This document shows positions 10,083 to 20,844 of a DNA stretch of 23,877 nt, piece after piece. Source of the stretch: Octopus sinensis (Eukaryota); the NCBI RefSeq assembly GCF_006345805.1, contig NW_021836528.1:1-23877 (forward strand), read 5' to 3'. Position numbers and translations under genes: made by a program. Below the pieces are notes generated by a model. The model was not told the origin of the DNA and did no database searches. It saw only the letters and a list, made by a program, of their open reading frames with translations. The stretch's first letter is position 1, and each line of letters begins with the position of its first letter.

Positions 10083-13000
10083 TTAAGCTGGGTTTCTAAC
10101 ACCCACCTTTCTTTCCACTTCCTTCCATCTTTTCTCATACACTCCCCGTGGTAAGCTCCTCTTCTCCAGCCCCATTTTGCTCCTCAGATGATATCTGAAG
10201 TAAGTGAGCAAGCCGGGGCCGGAGACAAAGGTTCCTATCGCGACTCCTTCCATTCTTGTTCTCCACATGCATTCTTTTACTACTGCAACCGTACAGTGGA
10301 AACATGCCTCACCTTCCTTCGAGAGTCCAGTTGGCGGTATCATCTTAATCATAGACTCAGCCGACAGCTGTACTCGTCCTAGATGCGATAACACGTGTTC
10401 TGCGTAACTTATCAAGACTGACAACTTCCGACAGTGTACAAAGGCGTGCTGGACGGTTTCGTCGTCCAACTCGCACCTTGGACACGTCGGTGGCACTGGA
10501 ATTCCGTGCCGCGATAACTTCTCGCGAACAGGTAGAGCGTTCCTATAGCACTGCCAGGCCAGGGATCTTTGGAAATTATCCAAGTAACCCGTCCTGAAAG
10601 TCTTTTTAAACAGGTTGGTAAGCTGGTCTTCGTCAAACCCCAGAGCCCCTCCTAGGACGTCGTCGTTTTTTGCCTCTACCAGCCTTCTATAAAATACCGA
10701 GGTGGTATTTCCGCAGCCGGCCTTGCCCGCCTTGTGGATCAGCGTGAGTGCCTGTCGGCACTCCCTTTACCACAAAGTCAGTTTCCATCTTTTGATGCGA
10801 CCGGGTTTAAAATCCGTTAAGGAGGCCAGTCTCGGGAAAAATTTCCCTGCCAGCGGACTCCACACCTTATCACCCTCCAGGTGGTGCCAGAGATGCTTCA
10901 GCCTCAACGCATGTCTGCGCATCATCAGCCAAGGCATTCCTAACCCACCCTTTAACGGTTCCTGGCAGCAAACGGAGCGCCTCACAAGTGGCTTTCCTCC
11001 CTTCCACAAAAAGCGGAAAAGGATTCGCTCCAACTTGCTAAGCCATGAACCGGGGCAAGGGACAACGGTCAGGCGGTAAGTGATTACCGATGCAATGAAC
11101 ATCTGCACCACCTCCGCCCTTCCTTTCAAGGACAGAGACCTTCCGGACCAGGTCCGTACTATGGCCTCCACCTTGCTCGTCACCTCACTCCAGTTCCTCT
11201 CCGTTTGGGAGTCTGGCCCAAACCAGACTCCTAGCAACTTAACAGGGCCATCCGTCCAGTGTCCCACGACGCTGGACGATATCGACTTGCTCCTCCAGGT
11301 GCCGAGGCGCAAGCCGACCGACTTGTCCTTGTTAACCTTTGCTCCTGCCACCGCCTCGTATCCTCTGATAGCCTCTTCCACACAAGGTAGCTGGGCCTCA
11401 TTGGACACGATGAGGGTGACGTCATCCGCGTAAGCAGTAACCGACCTCCCACCTCCGATCTCATCCGAGTTGCTTCCCAGCCTCTCCAACTTTCGCAGCA
11501 ATGGCTCAAGAGCCAACACGTACAAAAGTGGTGACAAGGGGCACCCTTGACGAACTGAACATTCAATCGAAAACGGTTCCGTTAGGTAACCGTTTATCTG
11601 GACGGTGGACTTGATGCCGCTATACATAGCGGAGATCCACCCGCGAAATTCAGGGCCCAGTCCAGCCGCTTCGAGGACCGTCGCCAGGTACTCATGGTCT
11701 ACCCTATCGAAGGCTTTACTTTGGTCTAAATGGACCATTACCCCTCCCTTGCCGGTTAATTTACCCACCCTGTCTAAGGTGTAGCGTATAAGGTGAAGAT
11801 TGTCCTGGATCGACCTGCCTGGAATTGCACATGTCTGTGCTCTCCCTACAAGTTTCTCCACGACAACCGTCAACCTTTTTTCCAACACCTTGGCCAAAAT
11901 CTTTAACTCTACATTAAGTAGAGTTATGGGCCTGTAGTTACTAATGTTATCCCCCTTGCTCGGGTCTTTCTGGATTAGCGTCACCACTCCCCGGCTTACA
12001 GAGCTGGGAATTCTCCCATTCTGCTGCCAGTTAGTGTAGACGCCTGCCAATATTCCCCCGAACAAGTCCGGCATACTTTGGTAAAACTCGTAGGGCAGAC
12101 CATCCAACCCCGCCGACTTCTCCCCGGCGCATCCGGCCAGTATCCCCTCTATCTCCGCGGGAGTGATCGCTCCTTCACAGCACTCCGCCTCACGCCCCGA
12201 GAGCCGCGGCCCGCCGGCCAGGAAGTCCTTTAAGGTCCTCCCCCGCTCCGGCGCCACACCACCCCCGAACACGCGGGCGAAATGCTGGTGAAGAAACTTT
12301 TGCATCTCCTCCTGTCCATAGATCTTTTGTCCCTGTTCGTCAGTTAAAGATTTGATTGAGGCTTTGTTGCCTCTCTGACTCTCCACACGACGGGCCCATC
12401 CGGCCACGTTAATACCTTCTCGTTTCCCAGCGCGTAGCTTAGCTCTGACTCTGCAACCTTCGTGTTTGGAGTTAAGGTGACGGTACAATACCGTCCTTGC
12501 CGCCAACACCGGATGCAGAGCCAGCTTCCATTGCCTCGTCTAGATTCTTAACTAAATCGCCCTCTAGACTAGCCTATCTATCCTTAGCTGATTGCTAAAT
12601 CTAACGGACTCTGCACGAATGGCTCTTTTGAGGGAGTGCCACCATCTATTGTTAATGATGGCGCCACACAATGCCCTCTGTACTAATACCTTAATCCGGG
12701 TACGGAAGTCTTCACAATTCAAAATAGCTTGTTCAGCTTCCAGTACCCGGGTCCTTGTCTATGACACTTGTCCAACTGCATCTCACACGTCACAAATTTG
12801 TGATCCGAGTAAGGCACAATGTGGAACTGTGGACACTAAACGTGTCCTTATCTCTTTTCTTAATAATATCCTATCTAAATACGATCTGCGTGAGCCGTCG
12901 TTGTTACTCCACGTCCACTGTGGAACGCTCGGATCATCCAGTCGGTAACGGTCTACTAGATCAAAGCTCTCTAGTAGACCCTTGAGGCTAGGGTTCCCCT

Positions 13001-13470
13001 TCCTATTGGTTGAGCCAACACTGTCGACCCGCGCTTCAAGGACAGTGTTAAAGTCCCCTACTAGGATTACCGTTTTCGACGTCGCTAAAAAGGGCTCCAG
13101 GTTCCGAAAAAAACCCGCCTGTCTACTCTCGTTCGGAGCGTAGACAGCTACCAACCTGAAGGACTGTTTACTTACGTGTGTCACATCCAGAACAACCAGC
13201 CTGCCTTCTAGGTCCAGAAAGACAGTACTTACCTGTAAGTCCAAGCTCTTCCTGATAAGGACTGCTACGCCTCGCCTCTGCCTCTTCCTCGCTAGGAGAA
13301 ATAAATTTCTCGAAGCCATTTAGAAGAGGCGAGAACGCTTGGGCCCCGTTCATCTTGGACTCGGTTGCAATAGCTATATCAACACCATGTGTCGTGAGGT
13401 CGTGCAGGAAGCAAATTTGCTTCCATTTCGACCCCATTCCACGTACATTTATACAACCCAACTTAGCCAT
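10083..13470 (-). CDS. Tx1 ORF2 (APE endonuclease, RT, C-terminal CCHC zf-RVT), broken by single-base indels
   Basis: Pieces at 12783-13319, 10767-12509 and 10083-10583; YADD, LLGVWF, GGLGMP, CPRCELDDETVQHAFVHC. ATG at 13468-13470, TAA at 10083-10085. Confidence 0.9.
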
Positions 13471-13498
13471 TGTAGGTGAGAGAGAAAAATAAATGTAC

Positions 13499-14928
13499 TC
13501 ACGGTTGGGAAAGGGAACATGACAGTTTAAATCTGCCTGCTTCCCCTTCTTCCTCCCTTGTAGTTGCTGCTGCTGCAGGCTCTTGACCGGCGTTGCCCAC
13601 CGGCTCTGGGTGGTTGCCGGGGTTATTACAAGTTTGCCCTCCATTACTTCTTTAGTCACGTCTCTGATCAGTCGGTTCTTTAGATGCTCTTGAAGCACTT
13701 CTTCCTTCCACTCGTCTTCCTTTATTTTCGCGAAGCGAGTGGTTGCTTTTATATCTGTAGCCTTACTATATAACATAAATTTTGAAAGTTTATAATATTT
13801 ATAAACTCTTTCATTTTTCTCATCGAAAGCAATGATCTTCTCATTTTTTTTTAACGATTTTTTTACGTCTTGTTTTATGGGGAGGGGCTTGGCAAACTGT
13901 TTTCCAATGAAAACAGTGCCATGGGGGTAGGGCTGGGGGATTTGCTTGGTGTGTGTGTCTGCTGTGCTTGCTGTTTTTTTCTTTGTTTGGGGAGGGGAGT
14001 CCGGTGTGTTGTCTTTTTTTCTTTTATGTGTGACTTGAGTGTAGTCCATTTGTTCGGTACAGTCCGTTTTTGTTTCAATACTTGTCTTCGTCTTGTTGTT
14101 ATCCTTCTCTGTCTTCTCCCCTTCAGTGCTGGGAACACTTTGAGGAGGCGCTTCATCTGTTTTCTTCTTTTTTATGCAGTTCGATCGGACGTGACCCTTC
14201 TCTCCACACTTAAAACATCTGGGTCTACGTCCCTCTACTGATACTCTCATGGATGTTCCGTCTTCATTGAATATCCTATCGGGTAGGTTTTCTAGAATTT
14301 TGTTTTCCGCCTGCACGAGGAGTTCCAGGGTCTGTCCCTTCCATCGTACCACCTCTTTCTTTCTCATCTGCAGTATCGAGATTTCCCGTTCAATATGTGC
14401 AGGACCGCTGCTGCTACCCACATAATGTCGTACCCTCTGGGTATCTTCGACCAGCAGTTTTGCTGTACGTTTTCCCATGTACGAAGGTAGCAGCATGATG
14501 TCGTCGTTTTTCAGGGTCAACGACGACACCTCTCTCGCTACCTCGGCTGTGTCAAAATGTGCCTCAACCGTAGCACTACGCGCACCTCGGACGAGATGAC
14601 GAATTTTGTCCCACACCGGGGACAGGCACTTTTCCACCATTTCATTTCTTACGTCCATTATCTTCTTCTCTTTGAAGCTGTATACTTTATAAATGACTGT
14701 TTTTTCTTTAATCTCTTGTACCTTTGCCTGCGGCGGTACAAGCCTGATTTCTCCTCCTTCCACCTTCACCAGGTTCCTGAATTCGAACAATTGTTCGATT
14801 TTGAACTCCACATCCATCATAGCACCGCCCACCGCGGCCGAAAATGACTGTTTTTGTACTTCTGTTTCCTTATTTTCACTTTTTCCCATCACGGGAAAAT
14901 CCTCCTTCGACGTCAAGTCGAAATCCAT
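13499..14928 (-). CDS. Tx1 ORF1, copy B
   Basis: MDFDLTSKEDF...RCFKCGEKGHVRSNC. Likely TGA at 13499-13501, 28 nt before the ORF2 ATG. Confidence 0.8.
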
Positions 14929-15243
14929 TACCTCGAAGGTAATAAAAATACAGGTAATACAATACAAATTTTCTGCCCCTTAGGGCGAAAATTACCGTTA
15001 TACAACGGGCACTGTTCAATAACAAGCAACACAAACAACAATAGCACAAATACGAACTCTCTCAAATAAAGGCAGCTAATTCCTCAGAACGCAGATGAAA
15101 AAAGTAACTCCGTAGAATTCGCCGTAGCATGTACGAATGTTTATCTTTACATATCTATGAAAATGGCGGGCTTATTCGCAATGCATTTCGGTATCAAATT
15201 GTCTAGTCGGAATAAAAATTCAGTATTGAACTATTCCGGTGAA

Positions 15244-15580
15244 AAATATAAATTAACAATTGAGGATAAAATCTTTAAAAGAAATTATCAGTAGTCAGCG
15301 TGAAAAACCTCGTAAGAGAAAAAATCCGTAAAATCTTCCTCTTTGAAAATATTCATTTATATTGAGGGTACTACTATTCGTAGATACCAACACGCTAAGA
15401 GGGACCAATGCGGTCAAAACTACTAAAATAAACAAATTTTTACCGAATGCAAAACTTCAAAACACATCATTTTAAAAAAGAATTCAGTTACATATCACAT
15501 GTGATTTCGCATTTAATGCAGAATATGCATTTCATGTTCGTCAGTGCAACAAACTCATTTTATCCTCAATTGTTAATTTA

Positions 15581-15585
<5 letters not shown>
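15244..15585 (-). mobile_element. 342-bp non-autonomous HHR-bearing element with perfect 29-bp inverted ends
   Basis: 15244-15272 aaatataaattaacaattgaggataaaat is the exact reverse complement of 15557-15585. Internal HHR; right end abuts (TA)n. Confidence 0.75.
15487..15550 (-). ncRNA. Type I hammerhead ribozyme
   Basis: GUUGCA-CUGACGA-A-CAU-GA-AAUGCA-UAUUC-UGCAUU-AA-AUG-C-GAA-AUCACAUGUGAU-A/UGUAAC. Helix I 6 bp; helix II 3+6 bp with an internal loop and an A.C pair at 10.1-11.1; helix III a perfect 12-nt palindrome; predicted cleavage AUA at 15493/15492. Confidence 0.85.
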
Positions 15586-15629
<44 letters not shown>

Positions 15630-15731
15630 ATTTTGATATATATATTTTTATATATATATATATTATATATTTATATATATATATTTATATATATTTTGAT
15701 ATATATATATATATTCATATATATATATATT

Positions 15732-15763
<32 letters not shown>

Positions 15764-16022
15764 TTGATATATATATATTTTTATATATATATTTTATATA
15801 TATATATTTAAATATTTATATATATTATATTATATATATTTATATATATATTTATATATATATTTATATTATATATATATATATTTATATATATATTTAT
15901 ATATTTATATATATATATAAATATTTATATATATATTTATATGTATATTTATATATATATTTATTTATATATATATTTATATATATATGTATATTTATTT
16001 ATATATATATTTAATATATATA

Positions 16023-16076
<54 letters not shown>
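15586..16076. repeat. Long imperfect (TA)n microsatellite
   Basis: Direct reading, about 490 bp. Confidence 0.97.
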
Positions 16077-16078
<2 letters not shown>

Positions 16079-16509
16079 CAGCAGAGAAAGACGTGATTGC
16101 CTTTGCTCTGTGAAAAGTCTGCATAGAACGGCGAAATAACCCACTGTAGTTGCAAAACGTAAAACTCTAAGTCATAGAGATCACTACAACACTTTGTTAA
16201 ACATATTTTTAAAAAATATATATATAATATATACATATACACAGTAATTTTCATTTTCGCCGAAACGCACATGGTGCAAAAATAACTGAATCAAGTTATC
16301 TCCTGCAAGAAAGAAAAAAAGAAGCATCTCTCCTGAAAAAAATCCCGTAAACCAAAAAAAATAATCCAGACCACATTGTTGGATTAAGTATCAATTTCAT
16401 CTATTTCATATTTTATTTATTATTCTATTTTATCTTTCACTTAGGCCCACATCTTAGTTAAAGTTGCGATCGTCATTTGGTTTGTTTACATTTTCAATAA
16501 CTGTTCTCG

Positions 16510-17172
16510 ATATAATAATTTTCCAGATACTCTATCTTCTAATTAGCCTTAAGATTAAATTAAATAACGTTTAATATTGATACCGTCAAATTAGCCTTAG
16601 AATTAAATTAAATAACGTTTAATATTGTTTAATTATTGTTAATAATTATTGTTAATTAGCCTTAAGATTAAATTAAATAACGTTTAATATTGTTTTAATA
16701 TTGTTAATAATTTTTCAGATACTCTATCTTCTAATTAGCCTTAAGATTAAATTAAATAACGTTTAATATTAATAACGTCTAGTTAGCCTTAGGATTAAAT
16801 TAAATAACGTTTAATATTGTTAATAATTATTGTTAATTAGCCTTAGGATTAAATTAAATAACGTTTAATATTGTTTAATATTGTTAATAATTATTGTTAA
16901 TTAGCCTTAAGATTAAATTAAATAACGTTTAATATTGTTTTAATATTGTTAATAATTCTTCAGATACTCTATGTTCTAATTAGCCTTAAGATTAAATTAA
17001 ATAACGTTTAATATTACCCACACTCTAATATAATATTAACATTGCTAATATATTTTCAGATACTCTATCTCCTGATTAGCCTTAAGATTAAATAACGTTT
17101 TTATCCACACTCTAATATAATATTAATATTGCTAATATATTTTCAGATACTCTATCTTCTAATTAGCCTTAA
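16510..17172. repeat. Modular AT-rich minisatellite upstream of the CR1-like ORF1
   Basis: Ten TTAGCCTTA cores (most followed by RGATTAAATTAAATAACGTTT), five CAGATACTCTAT modules and two CCACACTCTAATATAATATTAA modules, in shuffled order. Confidence 0.9.
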
Positions 17173-17233
17173 TATCTTCCTGTCTTCTCTCGAACATAAT
17201 TAGATAGATAAACGGATAGACGGATTATCCAGC

Positions 17234-18163
17234 ATGTCCAGAGCATGGAGACGTGACGAGCTGGATTTATTCGTACGAGCATGGGAGTGCGCCGGCGGAG
17301 ATAGCCCTAGCGAGGTGATTGCGGCTGCGCTGAAGAGCAGAGGCTACAAGAGGACAGCGGCTCAGATGGAGCGAAAGAGACAGGAATTCGTGCGCTCATA
17401 TGCGCTTGTACGGTCGCACATTGGCGCACTTGATGCCATCTTTGAGAACGAGCGGGGCAAAGATGGCAAGAATGGAGACGATGAAAGAAGTCACCCCCAC
17501 CTGGTGGACGCCCAGGAGGAGGTTTTGAATGAGAAACCTGCCCGGGAAGTGAACCCAGGTGCAAGTTCTCCAACCGGCAGCAAGGGCCATGGAGACGGAG
17601 AACCCGGTGAAGAGGTAGAGGGAGGAAGAAGGACTGGAAGAGCTAAAGGAAAAGAAAAAGCTCAAGCAGGACCAAAGAGTGAAACAACCAGAAATAGAAG
17701 TGGAACCGCAAAGGATGGAACCAAACAGCGCACACGGGTGTGTATGTTCTACCTGAGAGGTTCCTGCTGGCACGGAAAGGAAGGTGCAGGCTGCCGCTTT
17801 GCACATCGGGGACCCTGCCACAGAGACACGAGGCTGATGGACAAACCATCAACACAAAGAAAAGGGATGGACTACGCACCACCTGCACCAAAGCGGAGGT
17901 ACGCAGATGTTGTGCGCGCCACAAACAGCCAACATGATGTTGTCGAAAGAGCAGCTGCTGAGCAACAATCTTTTTTGTGCATGGCACAAAAGATTGTACA
18001 GCAGCTGACCTGGCTTCATCAAACCCAAGCCCGCAGGTGGGACTACCCACTATATACCAGACCACCACCAGCAAAACAGACACAGGATGGACACCGCCGG
18101 CAACAACGTACACCTCACCTCGATACTCCTACTGAACATCAGAGGACTGCAAACACTCAGTAA
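17234..18163 (+). CDS. LINE ORF1, 309 aa: N-terminal Myb/SANT-like (trihelix) domain + CCCH zinc finger
   Basis: Open ATG to TAA. W-x3-E..W..IAAALKSRGYKRTAAQMERK..Y matches the trihelix Myb pattern; CMFYLRGSCWHGKEGAGCRFAH is C-x7-C-x8-C-x3-H. Confidence 0.8.
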   Translation: MSRAWRRDELDLFVRAWECAGGDSPSEVIAAALKSRGYKRTAAQMERKRQEFVRSYALVRSHIGALDAIFENERGKDGKNGDDERSHPHLVDAQEEVLNEKPAREVNPGASSPTGSKGHGDGEPGEEVEGGRRTGRAKGKEKAQAGPKSETTRNRSGTAKDGTKQRTRVCMFYLRGSCWHGKEGAGCRFAHRGPCHRDTRLMDKPSTQRKGMDYAPPAPKRRYADVVRATNSQHDVVERAAAEQQSFLCMAQKIVQQLTWLHQTQARRWDYPLYTRPPPAKQTQDGHRRQQRTPHLDTPTEHQRTANTQ

Positions 18164-20710
18164 CAGGACAAAGATCCCGTTCCTGAGAGACTTTGTTGCA
18201 TGCAATCAAGCCTTATGCATAGCACTTACAGAAACGCACCTGAAACCGGACATAGCAGATGCGGAGTTACACATACCACAGTATGCTGTACTACGGACCG
18301 ACAGGAAAGAAAGGAGTCATGGAGGTGTTGCTATGTACATCCGTGAGGACCTCACACCCCAGGTCCTCTTGTCATACTCAAACTCGGTGTGTGACACACT
18401 AATTGTACATATTAGGCAACTTGATGTAGTTGTGTGTGCTACATATCGCCCTCCAGATGCCCCAAGCCATGTGGGCAAGTTTGAAGACTGCCTTATAAAA
18501 ATAGAAGAAATTCTAACCACATTAGAACAACACATAGGTGTGCTTCTTATGGGAGACTTCAATCTGCCCAATGTCAGATGGCCCGAGGGCCTTTCTCTCC
18601 CAGGAATGACAAGATGTGAACGAGGACAGGCGAGGTCCCTCCTGAACCTCATCAACACCCTGTACATGGAGCAGGTAATACTCCAACCAACCAAGGCAGG
18701 TAACACACTGGATCTCTGCTTCACAAATGACATGGATCTCATCCATAATGTGAAAGTGACACCGACACTACTCTCGGATCACAACATGATAGAGCTGACC
18801 ATGTACGGGCCAAAAGAGAGCACGGACATGCAGCCTACAAGAAACCCTCAAAATCTTTCCAGCTTGAACTACCATAAGGCAAACTGGAAACAAATTGAGA
18901 AAGAGATCCTCAAACAAAACTGGCCTAAATGTCTCTCCTCGCCAGACATCGACGGGAAACTTCAACAATTCATGTCTGTAATGCAAGCCATATGCTACAA
19001 ATGTGTCCCAGAGAGAAAGGCCACTGTACACAAGAACAAAATCCCCAGAGAGAGGAATTTTAATGAGACGCGTACGAAATTTTCAAATCGCCTAAACAAA
19101 CAGATTGAAAGCAGTGAAAAGTCCCGCCTAAAAATAAAACTGTGGAAATCGAAAAATGTCTGCAACTCTCCCATAAAAAGGAAAGAGCAGACAAAGAAGC
19201 CTGGGCTATAGACAACATAAAATCTAACCCCAGAGCTTTCTACAGGTATGCCAAAGAAACAACTACGGTGCACTGTAGGATAGGGCCACTCCTTGAAAAG
19301 GATGGCACACTTACAGGAAAACCAATGAGGGTAAGTGAAATACTGAATGAGCAATTCAAGAGTGTTTTCACTCCACCCCTTGGGCATCTCCAAATCACCA
19401 ATCCAACTGACTTTTTTACCACTGCAGATATAAAATCAGAGGCGGCGACGATAGATTACATCGATATAAAGGAAGAAGATGTAACCAAGGCTATAGATGA
19501 AATGAAAACAGACACAGCTACTGGCCCCGATGGATTCCCGGCAATCCTCCTAAAAGCATGTAAGAGAGTCCTAGCAAGACCACTGCAGTTCCTCTTTCAG
19601 AGCTTCCTTGCAGCTGGCAAACTTCCAGGAAAACTGAAGGAAGGTAAAATATGCCCCATTCATAAAGGAGGTAGCAGAGCGGAAGCCAAGAACTATAGAC
19701 CTATCTCTCTGACCTCACACATCAGCAAGGTCATGGAACAAATAGTCAGAAGGAAGCTGATCACCTTCCTTGAAGAGAATGACTTGCTGCCCGACACCCA
19801 ACATGGTTTCCGACCAGGGAGAAGCTGTTTAACTCAGCTCCTACAACACTATGACTGGGTGCTGAAACGGCTGCTCAACCACTCAAATGTGGAAGTGATA
19901 TATCTCGACTTTGCAAAGGCCTTTGATAAAGTCGATCATGGAATGATATGTCACAAACTGCGTGATCTCAACATAGTTGGAAAACTGGGAGAATGGCTTC
20001 ATGACACTGGACCCGGAGGGATTGCAATCCCAGAGGCACAATCAGTGCGTGACCTGGGTATTCACATGAGTGATGACGCGACCTTTCATGTACATGTTGC
20101 TAAACTGACAATGAAATATAGACGGCTGGCTGGATGGATTCTTAGAACCTTTAGAACAAGAGAACAAGAAACCATGATGGTCCTCTGGAAGACACTTGTC
20201 CTAAGCCAGTTTGTCTAATGCTCTCAGCTATGGTCACCATCCAGTGTCAAGTTGATCACAGAACTTGAGGCGATCCAACGAAGCTACACAAAGAAGATAG
20301 CCTCTATGCAGAATGTAAGCTACTGGGAAAGACTCAAGAGATTAAAATTATATTCCCTGGAGCGTAGGCGGGAAAGATATGCCATAATATACATCTGGAA
20401 GATCCTGGAGGGAAGTGTCCTGAACTTTGGCATCGAAAGTTACGCAAATGCCAGAACTGGGCGCCACTGCGTGGTGCCTAGGACTCCAACCTGCCATCAA
20501 GATGTAGGACAAGATTCTGTGATAGCCTGTGCTTCCGAGGCCCACAGCTCTTCAATATCCTCCCGAAGAAACTGAGAGACCCCATGGGGTGGATACAGAT
20601 GTCTTTAAAATGAAGCTGGATCTCTACCTGTCAGGTGTCCCAGATGAACCAACTTCACGGCAGGAGGGGGGCAGATGAGGGCAGCTGCCGAACTCTCTCA
20701 TGCACAAATA
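18087..20710 (+). pseudogene. LINE ORF2 (APE endonuclease + RT) with frameshifts, a stop at 20216-20218, and deletion of the RT catalytic core
   Basis: LLNIRGL, ALTETHL, GGVAMYI, YRPP, MGDFN, LDLCF, SDH; GPDG, NYRPISLTS, QHGFRPGRSC, YLDFAKAFDKVDH. WLHD is then joined to TGPGG..VRDLGI at about 20005, with no QGSVLGP or (Y/F)ADD motif. Confidence 0.9.
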
Positions 20711-20844
20711 GCAGTTGCTAGAAAGCCTCCATGAAGTGAAACCAAGGCAACACCAAATGGCGGTGCCCCAGCATGGCCACAGCTCATAACCTGAAACTAG
20801 AATCAATCAATCAATCAATCAATCATATATATATTATATATATA

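Larger units (their letters stand above)
9854..15126 (-). mobile_element. Tx1-clade non-LTR retrotransposon, copy B, full length (about 5.27 kb)
   Basis: About 200-bp 5' UTR, ORF1, 28-nt spacer, ORF2, about 230-bp 3' UTR with AATAAA at 9859-9864. Confidence 0.92.
17234..20825 (+). mobile_element. CR1/L2-group non-LTR retrotransposon, internally deleted, with (AATC)n tail
   Basis: ORF1 plus APE-RT ORF2; C-terminal LYSLERRRERYAIIYIWKILEG; 3' tail (AATC)6 at 20801-20824. The 5' boundary is unknown and may include 16510-17233. Confidence 0.9.

Noticed and set aside
8594-14983. Plus-strand ORFs antisense to the Tx1 copies, repeated in both
   Set aside because: They are shadow frames of the coding strand; the recurrence simply reflects the duplication.
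15040-15095. CTGAGGA (hammerhead-like core) in the Tx1 5' UTR, minus strand
   Set aside because: No suitably placed GAAA, helix II or closing helix I could be found.
15244-15585. Classical DNA-transposon MITE interpretation
   Set aside because: Not excluded, but the internal HHR and the end motif shared with the asymmetric 555-bp unit fit an RNA-based element better. No TSD is resolvable.
15447-15767. 106-aa ORF with YI repeats
   Set aside because: It is a translation of the (TA)n microsatellite.
16255-16280. CGAAACGCACATGGTGC as half of a hammerhead
   Set aside because: There is no upstream CUGANGA and no closing UH or helix I.
16510-17172. CRISPR-like repeat-spacer appearance
   Set aside because: The spacers are themselves repeated modules, the context is eukaryotic, and there are no cas genes.
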